Shown here: positions 48,049 through 58,212 of the stretch, piece after piece
How positions within the stretch are numbered: position 1 is the first letter of the stretch
How the letters are laid out: every line of letters begins with the position of its first letter
DNA from: Calditrichia bacterium
GTDB taxonomy: Bacteria; Calditrichota; Calditrichia; RBG-13-44-9; J075
NCBI GenBank assembly: GCA_050633245.1
Contig: JBOEGD010000001.1
Coordinates: 224,001-288,000 of the forward strand
Direction: 5' to 3'
Length of the DNA stretch: 64,000 nucleotides
Position numbers and translations under genes: made by a program
Notes under the pieces: model-generated
Seen by the model: the letters and a program-made list of their open reading frames with translations, nothing else
Told to the model about the DNA's origin: nothing
Databases searched by the model: none

Positions 48049-50163
48049 ATGAGAATGTTTATGACAGATTGGCGACGAAACATATTTCTATGCACCTGTT
48101 TTGCTCTTCTTCTGGCCCCGACTTTATTGTGCGCACAGGAATGGGAGAACTGGCACGATGCGTATCGTAAAGGTCTTGAAGAAGTGGCCAACAGCCAGTG
48201 GGAACAGGTACTTGTTGCCATGGAGGGCGCGATTGCACTAAAGCCCAATCCGCAGCAGGAAGTTGAGATGTACGCATTGCACTATGTCGATTACTTACCA
48301 TTTTATTGGTCCGGAGTCGCATCTTACAACCTCGGAAAATGGCAACAGGCACGTTCATTTTTTCAAACGTCTCAACAAAAAGGCGCAGTTCGTGGTTCTG
48401 GAGTCGCATCCAGCTTAGCTCGCTATAATACTCTCATTGCCGAATACACTGAATTAGCGGCAAATGTCAGTCGTTTGAAAGCTGCTTCACCAGCGGAAGA
48501 AATTTCCGATAATCGACTAAGCAATGAGCAGCTACAGTCCCTCCGCAATTATATCCGCGATAAGAAATTTGTTGAAGCACAACGCCTGATTCAGGCACAC
48601 CAGGCCCTCGTCGGCAGTTCTGAACTGTCTGCAACTATTTTGGATTTGCTGAATAGTCAGCTGGAAAAACCCGCTGTTGTTGCGTCGCCGCCTCCAATTC
48701 AGAATGAGAACTTTAACAGAGCGCTCAATTCTTTTTTGTTAGGGGACTATGAAGACGCACTGCGGCGTTTTAACCGTGTTGCATCCCAGACTCCAAACTT
48801 CCAGGGAGTGGGCAACTGGATTCGCCGAACGCGTGAAGAGTTGAATCGTCTGGGTGTAGACCCAGACCAGGTGCAGGTTGTGCGTGACACCGTTCAGGTG
48901 AGTAGCGAACCACTAATAACATTTGCAAATACGCCGGAAAAAGTGCGTAGCGATTCTGTTCGTCTTATCTGTAGTGTGCTGGATGACCTTGGCGTGGATC
49001 GCATTGAAATACGCGTTTCCGGAAGTCCGCTGCTGGATAGCGCGGGAGAACCGGTAATTATTCGCCCCCCGGATTCACTGTCCAGACGTGGGTTTGGTTT
49101 TGCGCTGGCAGTGCCGCTGCGTATGGGAGACAATGAAATCGTTGCTATTGCCCATGATATTGACTCTCCACCGCATCAATCTGCATATCCAATTACAATT
49201 CGACGCAATCTTCCGATATACAAAACTCCGCTTTTCTGGGGCAGCCTGATCTTTGTGGCTCTGCTCGCTCTTGCCGCTTGGCTGTTAAACCGTAAATTGA
49301 AGCGTCGAATAGCCTTTGTCAGCCGCTACAATCCTTATATTGCCGGTGCGCCGATTCGCAATGAAGAGATGTTTTTCGGGCGCGATCGTCTGATGGCAAG
49401 AATTATCAATACTCTGCATAATAACAGTCTTATGTTGCACGGACCGCGCCGAATAGGCAAGACTTCACTACTTCACCAGCTAAGCGAGAAGCTCGATAAA
49501 GATGCGGATCGCGACTATTATTACGTGCCGGTTTTTATCGACTTGCAGGGAGTTGAAGAGCGAAAGTTTTTTCTTCATTTAATGCAGGATATTGCAGAGA
49601 AATGTCGCCCACTGGTTAATGAGGAACTTGAACTTCGATTTGATAATATTAAGAACGAATACACGCCTCGTGATTTTGGCGTGGATATTCAAAAAATTCT
49701 CGCCGGTCTTAAGCCGCGCACCAAACGTACGCTGAGGTTGGTCTTGTTGATAGATGAAGTCGATCAGCTGAATTCCTATTCAGAGAAGGCCAATCAGAAG
49801 CTGCGCAGCATTTTTATGAAATCGTATGCCGAAGATTTGGTGGCCATCATGTCGGGGAGTTATATCCGAACGCATTGGGAAAGCGAAGGCAGCCCGTGGT
49901 ATAATTTTTTTGAGCAGATTGAGGTGAGCGGTATTAATGAAGAGCAGGCACGCGAGCTGATTAATAAGCCGGTGCGCGGCATCTTTACCTATGATGAGGC
50001 TGCAATAGAGCGGATTTTGCATTATGGAGAGGGCGTTCCATATCGTATTCAGAGACTCTGTGTAAATGCAATCGGGAGGTTAATTGAAGAACGAAGGACG
50101 AACGTGACAATTGAGGATATCGAAATTGTTAAGAATGTGCTATTCTCAGGAGAGGATGAATGA
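48049..50163 (+). CDS. Signal peptide-TPR-Ig-TM-cytoplasmic STAND-class ATPase (start may be 48055/48061)
   Basis: Periplasmic TPRs, TM PLFWGSLIFVALLALAAWLL-NRKLKRR, NPYIAG..FFGR, GPRRIGKTS, LLIDEVD, GVPY. Confidence 0.85.
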   Translation: MRMFMTDWRRNIFLCTCFALLLAPTLLCAQEWENWHDAYRKGLEEVANSQWEQVLVAMEGAIALKPNPQQEVEMYALHYVDYLPFYWSGVASYNLGKWQQARSFFQTSQQKGAVRGSGVASSLARYNTLIAEYTELAANVSRLKAASPAEEISDNRLSNEQLQSLRNYIRDKKFVEAQRLIQAHQALVGSSELSATILDLLNSQLEKPAVVASPPPIQNENFNRALNSFLLGDYEDALRRFNRVASQTPNFQGVGNWIRRTREELNRLGVDPDQVQVVRDTVQVSSEPLITFANTPEKVRSDSVRLICSVLDDLGVDRIEIRVSGSPLLDSAGEPVIIRPPDSLSRRGFGFALAVPLRMGDNEIVAIAHDIDSPPHQSAYPITIRRNLPIYKTPLFWGSLIFVALLALAAWLLNRKLKRRIAFVSRYNPYIAGAPIRNEEMFFGRDRLMARIINTLHNNSLMLHGPRRIGKTSLLHQLSEKLDKDADRDYYYVPVFIDLQGVEERKFFLHLMQDIAEKCRPLVNEELELRFDNIKNEYTPRDFGVDIQKILAGLKPRTKRTLRLVLLIDEVDQLNSYSEKANQKLRSIFMKSYAEDLVAIMSGSYIRTHWESEGSPWYNFFEQIEVSGINEEQARELINKPVRGIFTYDEAAIERILHYGEGVPYRIQRLCVNAIGRLIEERRTNVTIEDIEIVKNVLFSGEDE

Positions 50164-52064
50164 AGAATCCGTATGTTGCCGGAAACTGGGTGCGCGGAGA
50201 ACGCTTCTTTGGGCGAGCAGCCTTGCTTGAAGAAATCCTTCAGGGAGAGCGCGTCGCTATTTGGGTCGCTGGAACACGTCGTCTGGGAAAGACCTCTTTG
50301 CTGAAACAGCTTGAATATCTCTGCGGTTCAGAAAGTCAATCTGCCGACTACATCAGCTTGTTTTGGGACTTACAGGGAGCAGGAGATCTTGCGGGATTAA
50401 AAGACTCGCTGGTTGAAAGTATTGAAGATAATGAAGAGGTATTCTCAAAAATTGGTGTGTTAATAGAAGATGTTGAAAAGCTTGATCTTTTTGATATCCT
50501 CAGATCTCTAAAAAGATCTGCCCGCCGTGCCGGGAGAAAGCTGCTTTTATTATGCGATGAGTGTGAAGAACTGATTAATATCGAAAAAGCAGATCCGAGT
50601 TCGATACCAAAGTTACGGCGCGCGCTACAAAGTGGTGAGTCGATAAAAACTGTTTTCATGGCCACGAAGCGATTATTGAGGCTGGGTAGTGCATCTCAAT
50701 CGGAAACTTCGCCATTCTTACATGGACTGATTCCACCGCTCTATCTGGGGCCGCTCGATGCATCTTCTGCGGAAGAACTATTGTCCAATGGTAACATCTC
50801 TTCTGCAAATGGCGCACTTGTTGTTGAAAAAACCGGAAGACATCCCTTTCTTATGCAGTTGATGTGTCGTCGTCTTTTTGAAGAACCGGATATCGAAAAG
50901 GTCATTGCTGAAATGAGTAATGATGTTATGCTCGACAGCTTTTTCCGGGTAGATTTTAACTTTCTTGATGACATCGAAAAAACAATTTTAAGCTATGTTT
51001 TAGAAAATAGGGATACAACTGCCGAGCGTTTGCAAGAGCAGAGTCGTTTCCGGCAGGAGAATATATCTCAACGTCTTCATGGGCTTATAAATCTTGGCTA
51101 TCTGCGTCTTGAAAACGATTGCGTGTCAATCGTAAACTATTTTTTCCATAACTGGCTACAGCGGGAAAAAGAACTTCTCTTTGAAGGCCTGCCTGTGGAC
51201 GAGCAAAACGCGTCGTCTTCCAACGGGCACGAATCTGCTGCTGCTGAACAACTGTTGCATTACAAAATTATTGAGCTGCTCGGCACGGGCGGAATGGGAA
51301 AAGTGTATCGTGCTTTTGATGAACGGCTCGAGCGCGAAGTTGCCCTGAAATGTATGTTGGAAGAAGCGGCACAAGATAAAGAGTTTCGTGAGCGTTTCTT
51401 AATTGAAGCTCGTGCCGCGTCAGCATTAAATCACCCCAATATTGCCACCGTATATGCAATCGAAGATGATGCAGGCAGCCCGTTTATCAGTATGGAATTG
51501 GTTAGCGGGGTTTCACTTTCAGACTGGTATGTGCAGAATAAGCCGGATCTGGCGATGAAATTAATTGTGATGAATCAGATGGCTGCTGCGGTTTACGCAG
51601 CGCATTCCAATGATATTGTGCACCGCGACCTGAAACCAGAAAATATACTCGTTTCGGAAGACAATCACGTTAAAGTGATGGACTTTGGACTGGCAAAAAT
51701 GATGTCCAGAGACAGAGCAATGCTGACGCAAACCGGAACGACTTTGGGAACTTTGGCATATATGTCTCCCGAGCAGGTTTCCGGAGTGTCTGTGGATAAC
51801 CGCAGCGATATTTTTTCGCTGGGGATTGTTTTCTATGAGCTTTTGGCGGAGTGTGGGCCATATCGTGCTGAAAATGAAGCAGCACTGGTTTTGGCAATTC
51901 TTCAACAACAGATGCCATCGTTCAACGATCTGCGAATCGACCTGCCTGATGAGCTGGGAATTTTACTGGACAGTATGCTGATTCGCGATTTAGGAAGCCG
52001 ATGTCAGCAGCTCACAGAAATCTGTGAACTTCTCAGTGTGTTGTCTGCCCGTCAAACCTCCTGA
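50160..52064 (+). CDS. STAND-class ATPase-wHTH-Ser/Thr protein kinase
   Basis: NPYVAG..FFGR, GTRRLGKTS, LLCDECE, GRHP; GTGGMG, VALK, HRDLKPEN, DFG, SPE; ATGA overlap. Confidence 0.9.
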   Translation: MKNPYVAGNWVRGERFFGRAALLEEILQGERVAIWVAGTRRLGKTSLLKQLEYLCGSESQSADYISLFWDLQGAGDLAGLKDSLVESIEDNEEVFSKIGVLIEDVEKLDLFDILRSLKRSARRAGRKLLLLCDECEELINIEKADPSSIPKLRRALQSGESIKTVFMATKRLLRLGSASQSETSPFLHGLIPPLYLGPLDASSAEELLSNGNISSANGALVVEKTGRHPFLMQLMCRRLFEEPDIEKVIAEMSNDVMLDSFFRVDFNFLDDIEKTILSYVLENRDTTAERLQEQSRFRQENISQRLHGLINLGYLRLENDCVSIVNYFFHNWLQREKELLFEGLPVDEQNASSSNGHESAAAEQLLHYKIIELLGTGGMGKVYRAFDERLEREVALKCMLEEAAQDKEFRERFLIEARAASALNHPNIATVYAIEDDAGSPFISMELVSGVSLSDWYVQNKPDLAMKLIVMNQMAAAVYAAHSNDIVHRDLKPENILVSEDNHVKVMDFGLAKMMSRDRAMLTQTGTTLGTLAYMSPEQVSGVSVDNRSDIFSLGIVFYELLAECGPYRAENEAALVLAILQQQMPSFNDLRIDLPDELGILLDSMLIRDLGSRCQQLTEICELLSVLSARQTS

Positions 52065-53359
52065 GTGGGAAGCACTATTATAACAGCAGTTCCGTTAATA
52101 CCATCGCTTTTTACTTCAATGGTGCCATTATGTTCTGTAACTATTTGATGGCAAATTGGCAAACCGAGTCCATTTCCTACCCCAACACCCTTACTGGTAA
52201 AACCGGGATCGAATATTTTTGCTAAATGCTCTGATGGAATTCCGCTTCCGTCGTCTTCAAAGGTAAGAATAAATGTGTCGTCTTTAAATATACTTGAAAC
52301 AGTAACGGTGCCGTCATTTTCAATTGCCTGACAAGAATTGAGTAAAATATTCATAAAGACCTGATTTAACTGCGCAGGGCGGCAGAATAATTCGGGTAGC
52401 TCGTCGAGATGAGTTTTTATGCTTACCCGATCCTTGTATTGCTGACTGATTAAAGTAATGCTGCTGTTTATGCCATCATTCAGGTTTACAGATTTTTGTT
52501 CTTCTTCATCAAGGCGGGCAAAATTTCGCAAGGCCTTTACAACTGTTGAGATACGATTACAAGCATCCAGACTTACTTGCGCGACACTCCGGAGCATGTC
52601 GGAAGTTTTTTCCGCTTTCTCTGGAGCGCTTTGAATTTGTTCGCGCAGCTTTTCGAATCCACGTTTAAACAGATCCATATTGCTGCTAAGAGATCCGAGT
52701 GGGGTATTGAGTTCGTGGGCGATACCTGCGACCAATTGCCCAAGAGAAGCCATTTTTTCCGTTTGAACGAGCTGCAGCTGAGCATTACGCAATTCTTTAG
52801 TCCGCTGCTCTACTTTTTCTTCCAGTCCGGTATTTAGCAGATGGATTTCTTTGTAATTGCGTGCGTTTTCAATTGCAATAGCCGCAAGGTTAGCAAAAGA
52901 TTCAAGAAAAGGGAGTGTGGTTTCGCCGAAGAAGTGATCGGGTTGTGTGGTGTCCAGATAAATGGTGCCGAGTAGGCGGGCCCGAAAATGTAGCGGAACG
53001 CATGCAACGGATTTTAGCTTGAAGCGCATCATGCTTTTGGTGGCAGTGCCTTCTTGCGTATCTGGCAGATTTTGCAACAGTACTGCTTTTCCTTCACGCT
53101 CAACCTGTTCAATAACACTTTTACTGATTGCCATCGCACTTGTAATGTGCTCTTTTTCCATTGAACGAGCAACCTGCAGATCTGTATTACCATCACAACC
53201 ACGAAGCAGGAGCAATCCCTTCTCCGCCTTTAAAAGAGCCACTGCCTGATCCATAATCGAGTCAAGAAGTTTGTCCAGATCTAACTCTGAGTTAATAGCC
53301 TGGCTTACCTCGTATAAGGTTTGCAGCTGTAGAGCATCAATAGAAGACGTTGAGGACAT
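52052..53359 (-). CDS. GAF-domain sensor histidine kinase
   Basis: GAF (SVACVPL..GTIYLD, AAIAIENA), AGIAHELNTP, DDGSGI, GNGLGL. Confidence 0.92.
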   Translation of the reverse strand: MSSTSSIDALQLQTLYEVSQAINSELDLDKLLDSIMDQAVALLKAEKGLLLLRGCDGNTDLQVARSMEKEHITSAMAISKSVIEQVEREGKAVLLQNLPDTQEGTATKSMMRFKLKSVACVPLHFRARLLGTIYLDTTQPDHFFGETTLPFLESFANLAAIAIENARNYKEIHLLNTGLEEKVEQRTKELRNAQLQLVQTEKMASLGQLVAGIAHELNTPLGSLSSNMDLFKRGFEKLREQIQSAPEKAEKTSDMLRSVAQVSLDACNRISTVVKALRNFARLDEEEQKSVNLNDGINSSITLISQQYKDRVSIKTHLDELPELFCRPAQLNQVFMNILLNSCQAIENDGTVTVSSIFKDDTFILTFEDDGSGIPSEHLAKIFDPGFTSKGVGVGNGLGLPICHQIVTEHNGTIEVKSDGINGTAVIIVLPTQEV

Positions 53360-54118
53360 GGCAACCTTACATTAAGATGGTGGCGCAAGATTGAGAATTT
53401 TGTATTAGTAAGGAAATCTACTCTTTCGCCGAAGAAAAGTCAAGTCACCCTTAGGGGTAACAAGTGATAAAAATAACAATAGACAAATTGCCATTCAGGA
53501 CTTATATTCTACTGTCTTGTAGTTAATTTTAAAAATGTCCCTATGATAATAATGCTCCACATTTCTGAGCTGTCGCAGATTACATATTCGGTATGTAGCA
53601 AAGGCACGTTCATGAAATTATGCAATCTATCTCTCCGATAGGTTGATATATCCCTGCTGTAAGGCCGTATACCTGTCATCAAAATTGATGTGGTTTTCTA
53701 TACACTATTTTTGTGAGGTAGTTTTGTAGAAGCAGTCCAAAAGTTTGGCTTGATCCCCTCCTGCCATTTGAGAGCGTGAACTCATTGTCAATGGGTAGGA
53801 GGGGGATCTTGCCACGAAAGAGGGTTCGCTGACAATCTTGTAAACTTTATTCTATAAACGGGTGGATCACATCACATGCCTGTTTGCTTCTTTTTTAATT
53901 CCCACCTGAAGATTTAATTACATAATCGACGCTCCGATTAAAAGGTTAGGTGAAAAAACTCTTTTCATTCTTATGTAGAGTACAATTCTCCGGACACTTT
54001 CTTAAGACAATCTGGAAATTAGCCAATGGAAAGATTCTGCTGACGTTGTATATTAGCAGGTCTTTAATTACACAACCGAACACAGCTTTTATTTGTTGAA
54101 GTAGAACCGGAGATTCTT

Positions 54119-56368
54119 TTGAGCGAAAAAAATGAAGTGAACAAAGGATATGGGTTTGGCACTGCGCCGGTCTTTCTGGCAGCTATCAGTACCATCTTAG
54201 GTGCCGTTCTATTTTTGCGTTTTGGATATGCCGTGGCACATACCGGTATGTTTGGTGCGATCGCGATCATTTTTATCGGACACTGCATTACCATCCCCAC
54301 GGCGCTTGCTATTGCCGAAATAGCAACTAACTTGAAAGTTGAGGGTGGGGGAGAATATTATATTATCAGCCGGTCCTTTGGCAGCATGGTTGGTGGAACG
54401 ATTGGCCTATCGCTTTACTTCTCTCAGGCGATCTCTGTTGCGTTTTATATGATCGCGTTCTCAGAGGCTTTTAGACCCCTTTTTGGTGTGATTGAGGGGC
54501 ATGTTGGTTTTGGTATTGAAAATTGGATGATCGGAGTTCCCGCCACGCTACTTCTGCTTGTTTTGATTCTGACCAAGGGGGCAAACCTTGGTGTGACTGC
54601 TCTTTGGGGCGTGTCAGCTATTCTTGCAGTTTCGCTATTTATGTTCTTTTTTGGCGAGTCGACCGCACCACCAGCGGAGGTTTTACCATTTGCAAAGGTT
54701 TCCAATCCCGATAACTTCTTTATCGTTTTTGCAATTATTTTTCCTGCTTTTACCGGAATGACTGCCGGTGTCGGGCTTTCCGGAGATCTGAAGAACCCGC
54801 GAAAATCTATTCCGCTTGGAACACTTTCGGCAACACTTGCCGGAATGTTGGTCTATATATTAATCGTCTTGAAATTCTGCTACAGCCTAACGCCGGAAGA
54901 TATGGCAGCCGATCAGTTTGCCATGAGCAAGATTGCAGTCTGGGGCCCGATCATTCCCATTGGACTCGCGGCAGCCTCTTTATCATCTGCAATTGGCTCG
55001 ATTCTTATTGCACCCAGAACCATGCAGGCGCTCAGCGCAGATAATATCTTACCCTTCCCTCGTCTGAATGCGCTGCTTAGTAGCGGTAAGGGAGAGGCTA
55101 ATGAACCGGTTAAAGCGACTTTGGTAACCGCCGGCCTCATCCTTGTCTTTGTTTCTATGGGTAGCGTAGACTTCGTTGCTCAAATAATTAGTATGTTTTT
55201 TATGATCACCTACGGATCACTGTGCTTAGTTAGCTTTTTGGAGCATTTCGCCGGCAATCCTTCCTATCGTCCCACCTTCCGCTCAAAATGGTATGTCTCC
55301 CTTTTAGGGGCAATCGGCTGCTTCGTAATGATGTTTCAGATGGCACCACTTTACGCATTTATGGCGATTGTTTCGATTATAATTATCTATCTAACGCTGC
55401 GTGGAACCGGTGAAGGTGGCGATGATCTTTCGACGATGATCAAAGGAGTGCTGTTTCAGCTTACCAGACGTTTACAGGTGCTTATCCAGGGCAGAAATAC
55501 CGAGGTTAGTCGCAGTGGCAACTGGCGACCTTCGTTTATTGCGATCTCTGCCAACTCATTTACGCGTCTTGCCCCATTCGACCTGTTGCGCTGGATTTCA
55601 CACTACTACGGATTTGGAACTTTTATCCACTTCATTCGCGGTGGGCTGAATGCGGAAACGAATCGGGAATCTGTTCAGAAACTCGATCAGCTTATCGAGC
55701 AGGCACGTGCGAGCCAGGCCGGGATCTATGTCGATACTATCATTTCGCCCAGTTTCAAAACAGCTGTAGCGCAAATTGTGCAAATCCCCGGCATTTCCGG
55801 AATGGATAACAATAGCGTGCTATTCGAATTTCTTGAAAATGATCGCGATGCAATTCCGGATATCATCGACGGTTGTCAATTTGCCGCTTTTGTCGACTTT
55901 ACTATCTGCGTACTCCGTTCCTCAGAACGGCGCTTCGGCTATAAGAAAAAGATCCATATTTGGCTTACCAAAGGCGATATACGCAATGCCAATCTGATGA
56001 TTTTACTAGCATATATTATGGTGGGGCATCCGGAGTGGAAAGGTTGCGATATTGAAATATTCGCAACTTATCATCGAGATAATAAATCGAATCAGGTCGG
56101 TATAGGTCGCCTCTATCATTTAATTGATGAAGGCCGTATTCCGATTGCGCGTAAAAATGTTCAGCGTATTAGTTGGGACAAAAATAAGCGTGACTATGAA
56201 GACTTGGTAAGCGAGCACTCGGAAGGCGCAGATTTAGTTATTATGGGATTCTCTCTGGATACGCTGGTTGTTGAGAAGGGGGATTATTTTACGCGATTTG
56301 AAAAGATTAAGGATATTCTTTTCGTACGAGCCGGCGAGAAAATTGCGATCGCTGAGGAGACCATTTAG
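54119..56368 (+). CDS. Bacterial cation-chloride cotransporter (SLC12/CCC-like amino acid permease family)
   Basis: ILGAVLFLRF, IATN.KV.GGGEYYIISRSFG, IFPAFTG..AG..LSGDLK.P, YRPTFR, NWRP C-terminal domain. Confidence 0.9.
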   Translation: MSEKNEVNKGYGFGTAPVFLAAISTILGAVLFLRFGYAVAHTGMFGAIAIIFIGHCITIPTALAIAEIATNLKVEGGGEYYIISRSFGSMVGGTIGLSLYFSQAISVAFYMIAFSEAFRPLFGVIEGHVGFGIENWMIGVPATLLLLVLILTKGANLGVTALWGVSAILAVSLFMFFFGESTAPPAEVLPFAKVSNPDNFFIVFAIIFPAFTGMTAGVGLSGDLKNPRKSIPLGTLSATLAGMLVYILIVLKFCYSLTPEDMAADQFAMSKIAVWGPIIPIGLAAASLSSAIGSILIAPRTMQALSADNILPFPRLNALLSSGKGEANEPVKATLVTAGLILVFVSMGSVDFVAQIISMFFMITYGSLCLVSFLEHFAGNPSYRPTFRSKWYVSLLGAIGCFVMMFQMAPLYAFMAIVSIIIIYLTLRGTGEGGDDLSTMIKGVLFQLTRRLQVLIQGRNTEVSRSGNWRPSFIAISANSFTRLAPFDLLRWISHYYGFGTFIHFIRGGLNAETNRESVQKLDQLIEQARASQAGIYVDTIISPSFKTAVAQIVQIPGISGMDNNSVLFEFLENDRDAIPDIIDGCQFAAFVDFTICVLRSSERRFGYKKKIHIWLTKGDIRNANLMILLAYIMVGHPEWKGCDIEIFATYHRDNKSNQVGIGRLYHLIDEGRIPIARKNVQRISWDKNKRDYEDLVSEHSEGADLVIMGFSLDTLVVEKGDYFTRFEKIKDILFVRAGEKIAIAEETI

Positions 56369-56370
56369 TT

Positions 56371-56919
56371 ATGTCTGGCACCGACAAACAAATCTCAAAG
56401 TTTCTCAGTCTTATTCTGCGGCATCGCCCGCAGGTTGTTGGCATAGTGCTTGAAAAAGATGGCTGGGTAAAAGTCGAGACGCTTCTTGAAGCATTGGAGA
56501 AACAAAAGCGCGGTATAAGCTTGAGCGATATACAGCGGGTCGTGGCAGAGAATGACAAGCAGCGCTTTGCATTTAGTGAAGATGGCTTACGTATACGTGC
56601 CAATCAGGGGCACTCTGTAAAGGTTCAACTTAACCATCCTGTTGCCCAACCGCCGGAGAAGCTTTTTCACGGAACGGCAACCAAGTTTCTCAATACAATT
56701 TTGCGGGATGGATTGCGAAAGATGAAGCGACATCATGTTCATTTGTCCGCTTCAATAGAAACGGCTTCAAAGGTGGGCGTTCGGCATGGCGAACTGGTTC
56801 TCTTACAGGTTGAGTCTGGAAAAATGAGTCTTGACGGGCACGTTTTTTATTGTTCGGCAAACGGTGTCTGGTTGGTAGATCATGTACCGCCACAATATCT
56901 GAGTTTGCTGGATGTCTAG
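56371..56919 (+). CDS. kptA: RNA 2'-phosphotransferase (Tpt1/KptA)
   Basis: SKFLSLILRH, DKQRF, IRANQGHS, FHGT, RHHVHLS, NGVWL. Confidence 0.95.
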   Translation: MSGTDKQISKFLSLILRHRPQVVGIVLEKDGWVKVETLLEALEKQKRGISLSDIQRVVAENDKQRFAFSEDGLRIRANQGHSVKVQLNHPVAQPPEKLFHGTATKFLNTILRDGLRKMKRHHVHLSASIETASKVGVRHGELVLLQVESGKMSLDGHVFYCSANGVWLVDHVPPQYLSLLDV

Positions 56920-57404
56920 TTCACTCGGGCTTGAAGCTCATTGAGTGAAGCAACGGCCGGCGAATAGTCTGGATTATAGCGAAGTGCTTCCCGATACTCT
57001 CTTATCGCCAGAGGCCACAGACCCTGCTGTTCATAGACACGTGCGAGGTTTACATAAGCGTATTCGGGCGTTGCGTAGCGACGTGCGTTTCGTGCATCCT
57101 CAAACCAACAAACGGCCTCATCCAATCTGTCTAACTCAAGCAGGTAACAGCCAATATCATTGTATGGATTTCCATAGTCCGGGTCAATTTCAATAGCGAG
57201 CTTACATTCCTCTATGGCATCTTCATAACGATCGATACAGCTGTAGGACCAGCCAAGAAAGGTATGTCCTTCGGCAGTTGCCTCAATATCCAATGAGCGC
57301 TGATAGTAAAATATGGCTTCATTGTATTCTCCCTTAAGCTGAAACTTATATGCCAGCTGAAAAAGTCTCAGTGCTTCAGGAGTCATCTCGCAATCTAAAA
57401 GCAT
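56916..57404 (-). CDS. TPR protein
   Basis: TAEGHTFLGWSYS, AIEIDPDYGNPYNDIG. Confidence 0.88.
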   Translation of the reverse strand: MLLDCEMTPEALRLFQLAYKFQLKGEYNEAIFYYQRSLDIEATAEGHTFLGWSYSCIDRYEDAIEECKLAIEIDPDYGNPYNDIGCYLLELDRLDEAVCWFEDARNARRYATPEYAYVNLARVYEQQGLWPLAIREYREALRYNPDYSPAVASLNELQARVN

Positions 57405-57517
57405 TTTACCGTTCCGTTGGTTGAACTAAAGAACTTACATAAGAAATATACAAAACATTTTAAAAAAGGCGAATGTTTCACGGAATAACTTATTCAGTAG
57501 CGAGAAGCAAGGTGTAA

Positions 57518-57629
57518 ATTGCCTATTGCCTATTGCCTATTGCCTATTGCCTATTGCCTATTGCCTATTGCCTATTGCCTATTGCCTATTGCCTATTGCC
57601 TATTGCCTATTGCCTATTGCCTATTGCCT
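57518..57629. repeat. (ATTGCCT)16 perfect heptamer microsatellite
   Basis: 112 bp perfect array between divergent genes. Confidence 0.97.
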
Positions 57630-57694
57630 TTTCATCTCTAGAACTCAGAACTATATTTACGAACTATTCCCGCGTCCAAAATAAGAGGAAGAAA

Positions 57695-58138
57695 ATGAAT
57701 ACCACCGGAAAACTCGAAGCAATCTGGATAAAGCGCGTCAGGCGAGGGCTTATGGATAGTAAACCCACAGCAAAACTCATAACCAATCACGGACTGGAGG
57801 GCAATGCCAATCAGGGCGGGCGAAGGCAGGTGACGTTGATAGAAAAGGAAGTGTGGCAGGCTGTTATGGAGAGGCTGGGAGCCGAGCTCGATCCATCTAC
57901 ACGGAGGGCCAACTTAATGGTCAGCAATTTTCCCTTGCAGGATAGTCGTGGAAAGATAGTCAAAATAGGCAACTGCCTTTTGGAGATTATGGGTGAGACC
58001 AAGCCGTGCAATTTAATGGATGAGAGTTTGATGGGTTTAAAAGACATGCTTTATGCAAACTGGGGTGGGGGAGCATTTGCCAAAGTACTTAATGATGGCG
58101 AGATATCAGTTGGAGATACCATCGAGTGGAAAGAGTGA
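57695..58138 (+). CDS. MOSC domain protein
   Basis: GLEGN, RQVTLI, RRANL, ETKPC, G.FAKVL.DG.I.VGD; GAGG RBS. Confidence 0.9.
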   Translation: MNTTGKLEAIWIKRVRRGLMDSKPTAKLITNHGLEGNANQGGRRQVTLIEKEVWQAVMERLGAELDPSTRRANLMVSNFPLQDSRGKIVKIGNCLLEIMGETKPCNLMDESLMGLKDMLYANWGGGAFAKVLNDGEISVGDTIEWKE

Positions 58139-58212
58139 ATGTTGCACAATTTTGAGCAACATCACTGCACCCGCTATTTATAGAGGGCATATTACAATCA
58201 ATAAACACAGGG

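Noticed and set aside
53360-54118. Known riboswitch (c-di-AMP ydaO, Na+/Li+ classes)
   Set aside because: Consensus motifs not recognised by eye; reported only as an unassigned hairpin
57474-57489. parS site (TGTTTCACG...)
   Set aside because: Only the left half matches; the right half is not palindromic
57533-57694. (PIAYCLL)n N-terminal extension of the MOSC protein
   Set aside because: Translation of the microsatellite; a good RBS and ATG exist at 57695
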